Source of the DNA: a virus
Strand: one strand, 5' to 3'
Length of the DNA: 64,000 bases
Virus record (IMG/VR): IMGVR_UViG_3300022745_000001
Span: 1 to 64,000 of that record
The stretch's first letter is position 1, and each line of letters starts with the position of its first letter. The notes under the pieces are model-generated. The model saw nothing but the letters and a program-made list of their open reading frames with translations, did not search any database and was not told the origin of the DNA. Shown in pieces: positions 34,357-41,238 of the stretch. A program made the translations under genes and the position numbers.

Positions 34357-35580
34357 ATGACAATGACTAGCAAACCTACTACCCCTGTTGTGGCATACGC
34401 ACCGTACGTCAAGCCCAAGTATGAATACTCGCACCTACCGCTGGTAACAGCGGGGGATGTGCCCAGCACCATGCTGATGCAGACACTGCACCGTGCGCTC
34501 AGCGTCAAGCGTGACCACGGTAGCATGAGCGAGGCGCGGTTCGTGGCGTGGCTGGTGAACCGCCTGCCCGTGACGATGATCGACGGCGCTGGCAACGTGC
34601 ACGTTGACTTGCGTGAAGGCCCACACCACCGCACGATGTTCACAAGCCATACCGATACTGTGCATCAGGGCGGTGGGGCCAATAACATCAGGCTCGATGC
34701 GAGTCAGCAGTCACGAATTGTTTGGCGTGCCGATGAGGGTGCCTGCCTTGGTGCAGATGATGGTGCCGGTGTTGCGCTCATGATGCACATGATCGACCGC
34801 AAGGTGCCGGGCTTGTATGTGTTCTTCCGTGGCGAGGAGTGTGGTGGCCTTGGCTCTAGCTGGATGGCCGATGACTTTCCCAAGTGCCTCAAAGACATTG
34901 ACCGCTGCGTGTCGTTCGACCGTGCTGGCTATAGCGATGTGATCACCCATCAGGGTGGTGCGCGTTGCTGCTCCGATGCGTTCGCACTTGCGCTGGCTGA
35001 TGCGTTGACCACGATGGACATGACGCTGGCCTTCTCGCCCAGCAATGCGGGTGTGTTCACCGACAGCGCCAATCTCGTGTACAAGGTAGCTGAGTGCACC
35101 AACGTCAGCGTGGGCTACAAGCATCAGCATGGCGATGGCGAGTGGCAAGATGTCAGCTTCCTGCAGCAGCTTGCTGACCAACTCTGCCTCGTTGACTGGG
35201 ATGCGCTGCCTGTCGAGCGTGACCCCAGCGTTGCACAGCCTAAGTACAAGTACACAACCGGCATCTATGATCCGCATGGTGCGTTCGCAGCCGACTACTG
35301 GCCTGAGCAGAAGGCAGACAAGGTAGCCAACACCGGCGACGAGTACAAAGACTTGCTGATCGAGGCGCTATGGGATGCCAGTGTGGGTATGTACTTCTCA
35401 CTCAAAGAGATCGTGTCCGCATGGATGTGCCCCGAGGAGCCGTCTACCTACCGCCATCTGATCGACGGCAAGCGTATGTCCGACATTATGTATGAGCAGT
35501 TCGCCGTTGGCCTGACCGATGGCACTGACACATACGAAGAAGTGTTGGACATCCTTACCGAAGACCTGACACGTAGCTAA
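34357..35580 (+). CDS. M28/M20-type zinc peptidase-like protein
   Basis: 407 aa. Motifs SHTDTVH, GADDGAGVA, RGEECGGLGS and VGYKHQHG, in the order expected for co-catalytic zinc peptidases. Confidence 0.55.
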   Translation: MTMTSKPTTPVVAYAPYVKPKYEYSHLPLVTAGDVPSTMLMQTLHRALSVKRDHGSMSEARFVAWLVNRLPVTMIDGAGNVHVDLREGPHHRTMFTSHTDTVHQGGGANNIRLDASQQSRIVWRADEGACLGADDGAGVALMMHMIDRKVPGLYVFFRGEECGGLGSSWMADDFPKCLKDIDRCVSFDRAGYSDVITHQGGARCCSDAFALALADALTTMDMTLAFSPSNAGVFTDSANLVYKVAECTNVSVGYKHQHGDGEWQDVSFLQQLADQLCLVDWDALPVERDPSVAQPKYKYTTGIYDPHGAFAADYWPEQKADKVANTGDEYKDLLIEALWDASVGMYFSLKEIVSAWMCPEEPSTYRHLIDGKRMSDIMYEQFAVGLTDGTDTYEEVLDILTEDLTRS

Positions 35581-35583
35581 TCT

Positions 35584-35602
35584 TAGGGACAAGCTGTCCC
35601 TA
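35584..35602 (+). promoter_or_regulatory. early hairpin palindrome, copy 5
   Basis: TAGGGACA-agc-TGTCCCTA, 4 nt after the stop. Confidence 0.65.
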
Positions 35603-35607
35603 CCGCC

Positions 35608-35624
35608 GCCAGTCGGCCACTGGC
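35608..35624 (+). promoter_or_regulatory. second hairpin of the bipartite cassette (copy 2)
   Basis: GCCAGT-cggcc-ACTGGC. Confidence 0.5.
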
Positions 35625-35641
35625 ATTCTTAGGAGATCGTT

Positions 35642-35848
35642 ATGAAATTGTTCAACCCGTTCAAAGCACCTAGCGCAACACATCTTGCGGTACAGGAATT
35701 AGAAGATGCCAAGCGTGAACTGCTTGCATCCCTGAGCGCACAGGAGTACGCCACGGCAATGGTTGCGTACAACACCGACCGAGTGCGCCGCCTGTCGGCC
35801 ACCGTGTCTTCCAGCAGTCATGATTTTTTGGAAGGAGAAGTGAAGTGA
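35642..35848 (+). CDS. hypothetical protein
   Basis: 68-aa ORF behind AGGAG. Confidence 0.6.
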   Translation: MKLFNPFKAPSATHLAVQELEDAKRELLASLSAQEYATAMVAYNTDRVRRLSATVSSSSHDFLEGEVK

Positions 35849-35928
35849 TGGACTGGATTGACTGCGTGGTCATCACGCTCGCTGGGCTGTACGCCCTTGT
35901 CTTAACCATGATGGAGCATTTCAAATGA
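35848..35928 (+). CDS. possible 26-aa hydrophobic peptide
   Basis: MDWIDCVVITLAGLYALVLTMMEHFK, linked to both neighbours by overlapping stop/start codons. Confidence 0.3.
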   Translation: MDWIDCVVITLAGLYALVLTMMEHFK

Positions 35929-36137
35929 CACTGGATGACTTTGACAACGCGGTTGCGTTCATTCTCGAACGCGCCGACGACAACGGCATTGAAGAGTGGT
36001 ATACGACAGACAGAAACATACTGAAAAGCATACTGAACGATATGCGCGAGTGCTATTACGGCGAGGAGGTGCAGCGCCGCACCGATTTTGCAGAGTACCA
36101 ACGGCTGAAAGCCATTTTTGAAGGAGAAGGCAAATGA
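35925..36137 (+). CDS. hypothetical protein
   Basis: 70-aa ORF. Confidence 0.6.
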   Translation: MTLDDFDNAVAFILERADDNGIEEWYTTDRNILKSILNDMRECYYGEEVQRRTDFAEYQRLKAIFEGEGK

Positions 36138-36325
36138 TCGAAGTAACTTTTACTGAACTCGCCCTGCTTGTCTGGGCGCTACTCGCAACGGCATACGCCC
36201 TGCGCTACCGGCACGAACGCTCGATGCTCAGCCGCATCCTGCAGCAGCTCACTGAAGACCCCACGCTGTACGCACAGTTGCGGGACGGCTGGGAATCTGT
36301 ACGAAAATCTTTTGTCAAGAGTTGA
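36134..36325 (+). CDS. small membrane protein
   Basis: 63-aa ORF with a TM segment LALLVWALLATAYAL. ATGA overlap. Confidence 0.6.
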   Translation: MIEVTFTELALLVWALLATAYALRYRHERSMLSRILQQLTEDPTLYAQLRDGWESVRKSFVKS

Positions 36326-36342
36326 ACTTTTACTGCTATAAT
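36312..36342 (+). promoter_or_regulatory. sigma70-like promoter (TTGTCA-N19-TATAAT) with the conserved downstream box TATAATCACAGCACAACA
   Basis: Same -10 and downstream box as at 53776-53818. Confidence 0.45.
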
Positions 36343-36374
36343 CACAGCACAACACATTTACCGGAGAAAATGAC

Positions 36375-36416
36375 ATGAGCAAAACCCTACTTTCTGCACG
36401 CCAAGTTAAGACCTAA
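36375..36416 (+). pseudogene. orphaned original 5' end of the AAA ATPase gene (13 codons then stop)
   Basis: ATG AGC AAA ACC CTA CTT TCT GCA CGC CAA GTT AAG ACC TAA = MSKTLLSARQVKT*, compared with MSKTLLSSRQVKQ at 36976. Preceded by the usual GGAG..TGACATG context. Confidence 0.7.
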
Positions 36417-36469
36417 AGGTGTTGACACCTTTGGCAAGACGTTGTACATTGAGGCTTTAAGGAACAGCT

Positions 36470-36979
36470 ATGGCACAACCTTGCGGAAAAGACAACACGG
36501 CCTACAAACATGGATTTGCGGTGCAGGGCAAGCGCCCTGCAATATATTGGCACTGGCGACACATGATCGCTAGGTGCCATGAGCCACGCTCCAAGGACTA
36601 CCACAAATACGGTGCGCGAGGGATTGTCGTGTGTGATCGTTGGCGCTACGGGGAGGACGGTGTTAGCGGCTTTGTCTTGTGGTTGCAAGACATGGGGCCG
36701 AAGCCGTATCCCGGAGCATCAGTAGACCGTAAAGACAACGACAAAGGGTACGCACCAGACAACTGTAGGTGGGCCTCGGTACACGAGCAGGCAAACAACC
36801 GCAGAACCAATGTGCTTGTAACAGCTTTCGGGCAAACAATGACCGTTGCACAATGGGCACGCACGCTAGGGATAGGGCCAAAGACTATCGGCTACAGGCT
36901 ACGGCAAGGCGCTTCGCCGGAAGAAGCACTTATGAAAAAACCGCATCGCGGAACTAAACTTAAATCGAGATCGACATGA
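36470..36979 (+). CDS. HNH-family homing endonuclease (paralog of 48399..48866)
   Basis: 169 aa. Pattern WRHMIARCHEP..KDYHKYGARGIVVCDRW...DRKDNDKGYAPDNCRWASVHEQANNRR, plus a C-terminal HTH-like TVAQWARTLGIGPKTIGYRLRQG. Confidence 0.7.
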   Translation: MAQPCGKDNTAYKHGFAVQGKRPAIYWHWRHMIARCHEPRSKDYHKYGARGIVVCDRWRYGEDGVSGFVLWLQDMGPKPYPGASVDRKDNDKGYAPDNCRWASVHEQANNRRTNVLVTAFGQTMTVAQWARTLGIGPKTIGYRLRQGASPEEALMKKPHRGTKLKSRST

Positions 36980-38103
36980 GCAAGACATTACTTTCATCCC
37001 GTCAAGTTAAGCAGCTTATCAAGGCTGTTGGTAACAAGCGAACTGTGCTGGTAGAAGGGGAGGCAGGCTGTGGCAAGACATCCATTCACTACGCGCTGAA
37101 GGCCGACCCTCAGTTCGCCAACTACTACGCGCCCAAGCCCATTGACTGCACGCAGTTGAGCGATGGCTCCATCGTGATGCCCGACATCGACCGCAGCCGT
37201 GGCGTGGCGCGTGAGCTGCCCAACGAGCGCTTGGGTGTGAGCGACGAGAACCACTTGGGCACCAAGGATGCGACCCCTGTGCTGATGTGCTTCGATGAGA
37301 TCGCCAAGTCTCGTCAGTTCATCAAGGACACCATCGCACCTATCGTGTACGAGCGGCGCATCGGCAACTACGTCATGCCCAATGGCAGCGTGGTGTTCGC
37401 CTGTACCAACCTGAGCGAAGAGGGTTTGGGCGACAGCCTTGCTGCACACCTGCGCAACCGCTTGGTCATCGTCGGTATGCGCAAGCCTACCAAGGACGAG
37501 TGGGTGCAGGACTTCGCCATCCCCAACGACCTCAACGAGAACGTCATAGCTGCGGCTGAGATGTACCCGATGGTGTTCAACTCGTTCATGGACTATCGCC
37601 CCGGCGGTCAGTTCGCAAGCAAGCAGTTGCGCAAGGACAACCCGTACATCAGCGACCCCGCTGACGCAGGACAGGAGCAGGTGGTCACACCTCGCTCGCT
37701 GCACGCAGCCAGTGATCTGGTCGATCAGATGGCGCACGTTGACAACCAGACGCTCCAAGCTGCGCTGGGCGGCACAGTGGGCGAGCCGTTCGCAGCCAAC
37801 ATCATGTCGATGATCCGCTTCGGTGAGAGCCTGCCTGCATTCGACCGCATACTTGCCGACCCCGAGGGTAGCCCGCTGCCATCCAACCCCACTGCGCAAG
37901 TGGTACAATGCTTTCAGTTCCTCACGCAAGTGAAGGACAAGGAGGCAGCGGAGCAGACCAGTATCTACGTGCAACGGATGCGTGAAGAGATGCAATCTCT
38001 GTTTGTCAACTGTGTTGTTAACAGCACCAAGATGGACAAGTTTGCATTGAGCAAGACGTTTGGTTCTGCCCTTGCCAAGAATCGACAGTACCTTGGTCAG
38101 TAA
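36976..38103 (+). CDS. AAA+ ATPase, MoxR/CobS-like
   Basis: 375 aa. Walker A GEAGCGKTS and Walker B LMCFDEIAK. Paired with a downstream VWA protein. Confidence 0.8.
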   Translation: MSKTLLSSRQVKQLIKAVGNKRTVLVEGEAGCGKTSIHYALKADPQFANYYAPKPIDCTQLSDGSIVMPDIDRSRGVARELPNERLGVSDENHLGTKDATPVLMCFDEIAKSRQFIKDTIAPIVYERRIGNYVMPNGSVVFACTNLSEEGLGDSLAAHLRNRLVIVGMRKPTKDEWVQDFAIPNDLNENVIAAAEMYPMVFNSFMDYRPGGQFASKQLRKDNPYISDPADAGQEQVVTPRSLHAASDLVDQMAHVDNQTLQAALGGTVGEPFAANIMSMIRFGESLPAFDRILADPEGSPLPSNPTAQVVQCFQFLTQVKDKEAAEQTSIYVQRMREEMQSLFVNCVVNSTKMDKFALSKTFGSALAKNRQYLGQ

Positions 38104-38112
38104 GGAGGCGTC

Positions 38113-38592
38113 ATGGCTGAGTTTATCTTTCGCCCAGAAGAGGGCTATATAGATCGCGTGTTCAAGAACGGCACGGTGCGCACGCGTGTAGGAACAGACA
38201 CCGGTAGCGGCCACCTTGTCGTAAACACACGCGGTGGGAAGAAACTTGTGCACCGTTTGTTGTGGGAAAGTGTACACGGGTCAATTCCTAAAGGGCTTGA
38301 GCTTGACCACATCAACGGAAACAGAAAGGACAACCGTATCAGCAACCTGCGCTTGGTCAGTCGCAAGCAGAATGCCGAGAACCGTAGCAAGCCCCATAAG
38401 GGCAACACCAGTGGGGTGAAGGGGGTATCTTGGTACAAACGCTACGCGAGGTACGTTGCACAGATTTGCGTAAATGGCGAACGGATTACGTTGGGGTACC
38501 GCAAAACTTTGGAGGAAGCGCAAGCGCTTTACGCCGAGGCTGCTGCGAAGTACCACACCCACAATCCGTCAGCAGATAGCGGGAGCATCTGA
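38113..38592 (+). CDS. free-standing HNH homing endonuclease with a C-terminal AP2-type DNA-binding domain
   Basis: 159 aa. LELDHINGNRKDNRISNLRLVSRKQNAEN (HNH), then GVSWYKRYARYVAQICVNGERITLGYRKTLEEAQALY (AP2-like). Confidence 0.8.
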   Translation: MAEFIFRPEEGYIDRVFKNGTVRTRVGTDTGSGHLVVNTRGGKKLVHRLLWESVHGSIPKGLELDHINGNRKDNRISNLRLVSRKQNAENRSKPHKGNTSGVKGVSWYKRYARYVAQICVNGERITLGYRKTLEEAQALYAEAAAKYHTHNPSADSGSI

Positions 38593-38594
38593 TC

Positions 38595-39029
38595 ATGCAA
38601 GTCATTACGTTTGGCGGGCGCAAGTACAAGCCCATGCTTACGAATGATGGCAAGCTCGACGTGCGTACCGCTGTGGCATACGGCCCCGCTGGCAGGGGCC
38701 AGTTCATGCTCACTGTGTACGTGCGTTGCCACTCGCAAGGCGCAGGCAGCCGAGGCGGAGAGATACAGTGCGTGGACATCAACGTGATGCGCGAGATGGT
38801 ACCCAACACGATCACTGAAGCTACCCAACTAGCGAAGCTGACCTTCATGTGCAATGTGATGGCAACCAAGTGCAACACGGACTACAGGCTGCGCCTGCCG
38901 ATAGCGACGCGACCGACACCGAAGTATTCACGACCAAAGAAGGAGGTGACCAAGCCTATGGGCATGTTCTTTGATGAGTACGAAGCACAACTTAGAAAGG
39001 AGATGGAGAATGGCATACAAAGACCTTAA
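38595..39029 (+). CDS. hypothetical protein
   Basis: 144-aa ORF between the HEG and the VWA gene. Confidence 0.6.
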   Translation: MQVITFGGRKYKPMLTNDGKLDVRTAVAYGPAGRGQFMLTVYVRCHSQGAGSRGGEIQCVDINVMREMVPNTITEATQLAKLTFMCNVMATKCNTDYRLRLPIATRPTPKYSRPKKEVTKPMGMFFDEYEAQLRKEMENGIQRP

Positions 39030-40206
39030 ACCGGAGCAGAAGATCGTGGCAGTGCACACGGACTTCATGCGCCACCCCGACTTCGCCATACTTGGCGGGG
39101 TCACACAGATCGGCAAGGTGCTGATCACTGACTTGGTGCCCACTGCAGGCACCGATGGCGAGGACGTGCTGTACAACGCCGAGTTCATCAAGGACATGAC
39201 GCGCAAGCAGTTGCGCTACCTTGTTGGGCACGAGGCTATGCACAAGGCGCTGCACCACTGCACTGAGTACATGCACCTGAAGAAGAAGCACCCGCAGGAG
39301 TTTGCTATGGCAATCGACTACGTGGTGAACTGGCAGCTTGAGAGCATGGACACAGCCAAGGAGAAATTCTTGGAGCGCCCGACCAACGTGCCCCCGCTCA
39401 TTGATGACAAGTACGCCAACATGAGCGTGCCTGAAGTCATGCGCAAGCTGTTGCAGAACCCACCGCCACCACAGCAACGCCCGCAACCGATGGACGAGCA
39501 CATGGACGGCAAGCCCATGTCCGTTGACTCTAGCGAAGCCGCCGATGGCAAAGACCTGAAGACGCGCATCGAGGATGCCGTGGCGCAGGGCGCTGTCGTG
39601 GCCGAGCAGTTGCAACAGATGCGGGGTACTGCCCCCGGTGACAACGCACTGTCGGGATTCCGTGAGCGCAAGACAGACTGGCGTGGCCCGCTGCGCAAGT
39701 TCATCGCTGAGATATGCGAGGGCGATGACCAGTCACGATTTGTGCCGCCCAACCGCAGGCTGTTGCCGCTGGACATCATCATGCCGAGCCGCTTCAGTGA
39801 GGCAACCGGTGAGTTGATCGTGGCGTGTGACACATCGGCATCCATGCACGGGCTGTACCCAATCGTGTTCGGTGAGATCGCCCGCATCGCACAGCAGATG
39901 CAGCCCGAGCGCGTGCGCGTGCTGTGGTGGGATACGCGTGTGGCAGGTGATCAGGTGTTCGCCCCCAAGGACTACGCCAACATCGCCAAGCTCATGCACC
40001 CACGAGGCGGAGGGGGAACCACTGTGTCGTGCGTGGCGGGCTACATCCGCGACAAGCGGTACAAGCCCAAGGCGACGATATACCTGAGTGACGGGTACGT
40101 GGAAGCGAAGTATGAAGTTGCACCGGGGAATGTCTTATGGGGCATCTGCGGCAACACCAACTTCCGCCCCATCCGGGGCAAGCTGCTGCGCATTGAGGAG
40201 GTGTGA
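39010..40206 (+). CDS. VWA-domain protein with an N-terminal metallopeptidase-like HExxH region (DUF2201/CobT-like)
   Basis: Start set at MAYKDLK (ATG 39010) behind AAAGGAG; the track start 38971 is a TTG. Contains HEAMHKALHH and the MIDAS motif VACDTSASM. Confidence 0.7.
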   Translation: MAYKDLKPEQKIVAVHTDFMRHPDFAILGGVTQIGKVLITDLVPTAGTDGEDVLYNAEFIKDMTRKQLRYLVGHEAMHKALHHCTEYMHLKKKHPQEFAMAIDYVVNWQLESMDTAKEKFLERPTNVPPLIDDKYANMSVPEVMRKLLQNPPPPQQRPQPMDEHMDGKPMSVDSSEAADGKDLKTRIEDAVAQGAVVAEQLQQMRGTAPGDNALSGFRERKTDWRGPLRKFIAEICEGDDQSRFVPPNRRLLPLDIIMPSRFSEATGELIVACDTSASMHGLYPIVFGEIARIAQQMQPERVRVLWWDTRVAGDQVFAPKDYANIAKLMHPRGGGGTTVSCVAGYIRDKRYKPKATIYLSDGYVEAKYEVAPGNVLWGICGNTNFRPIRGKLLRIEEV

Positions 40207-40207
40207 T

Positions 40208-40621
40208 GTGCAACATCTCGAAATCGACCGCATCTCTATCTTTGATGCAATGGGGAATCTTATGGCAACAATGAATAGGCCGCCGTGGATTTCCCCCGGC
40301 GATCAGATGGCGGCAGCAGCCGCCATGAACGGCAACAGCTTGGTGCCCCTGCTCCAAGGCAAGCTCATCCGTGCGACAGCGGGCGGTGTCGAATGGGACA
40401 TGAGCAAGGAGTGGTATGGGCGTGAGCTGACGCAGTACGTGGTGCGCAAGACGAACTGGACGAAGGGCTACACAGTGCAGTTCTTCTTCGCCACCGTTGA
40501 CGGGCAGCCCGCACGCATCCACGAGTTCACCTTGTGGCTCGATGAGAAGCACACGCGTGATGAGGTCGAGCAGGCAGCGCAGGTGTACATGATGACACTC
40601 AACATGAGGAGGGTCGAGTGA
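40208..40621 (+). CDS. hypothetical protein (C-terminus parallels the next gene)
   Basis: GTG 40208, 6 nt after GAGGAGG, in frame with track ORF 40088..40621. Confidence 0.5.
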   Translation: MQHLEIDRISIFDAMGNLMATMNRPPWISPGDQMAAAAAMNGNSLVPLLQGKLIRATAGGVEWDMSKEWYGRELTQYVVRKTNWTKGYTVQFFFATVDGQPARIHEFTLWLDEKHTRDEVEQAAQVYMMTLNMRRVE

Positions 40622-41184
40622 TGGCGATAACGAAAGAGCAGTTATTGGACAAGTTTGAACGCATGTGCAAGCAGGCGCATGACGAAGCAAGTATGGTAGG
40701 AGACTTCCAACGTGCGAAAGAGATCAGACGGTATTACGAAGAAAGGAAATATGACATGGACAACGACATGATGAACAGTATCTTGGGACAGACACTGACA
40801 ACGGGCATTGGTATGGGGCAGCTTGGTGTCAGCAACGGGCTGGTCAATGCGTCCAGCACCAGTAGTATCTACCAGAACGCGTTGTTGCAACAAAACCAAT
40901 TCACGCAGGCAGCTACGCAGGCGTCAGGACTGATGGACTTCTTGCCGGAGTTCGGCGTGCTGTACCTGAACAACAAGGAGCTGCCTGCGGATTGGGCGGG
41001 CGCAAAGGTAACCGAGTTCAAACGCTTAGTTGCACGCGAGAACTGGCATGTGCAGTTCCTTAGCAAGTGGGACAAGGCGTTGGTGATCAACCTGTATCTT
41101 GACATCGAAGAGTACAACGGAAAGGAGGTAAACGAGATGGCCGCTACCTACATGGAAGCGCTCAATCAACGGAGGATGGGGTAG
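40618..41184 (+). CDS. hypothetical protein
   Basis: 188-aa ORF with an ATGA overlap. C-terminus ...EVNEMAATYMEALNQRR parallels ...EVEQAAQVYMMTLNMRR of the previous gene. Confidence 0.6.
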   Translation: MMAITKEQLLDKFERMCKQAHDEASMVGDFQRAKEIRRYYEERKYDMDNDMMNSILGQTLTTGIGMGQLGVSNGLVNASSTSSIYQNALLQQNQFTQAATQASGLMDFLPEFGVLYLNNKELPADWAGAKVTEFKRLVARENWHVQFLSKWDKALVINLYLDIEEYNGKEVNEMAATYMEALNQRRMG

Positions 41185-41238
41185 CTTGCTTAACCGACTG
41201 ATAGATAAATTTTTTCGTAGTAACTAAGGAGAGATGAC

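Larger units (their letters stand above)
36375..36979 (+). mobile_element. HNH homing-endonuclease cassette inserted in codons 12-13 of the ATPase gene
   Basis: Remnant 5' end, then a TTGACA-N17-TACATT element (36422-36450), then the HEG ORF whose stop overlaps (ATGA) the regenerated ATPase start. Confidence 0.6.

Noticed and set aside
29760-35602. The repeated palindromes as a CRISPR array
   Set aside because: The spacing is irregular (246 bp to 3.3 kb) and is filled with genes. The repeats are perfect palindromes of 17-23 bp, and no cas genes are present.
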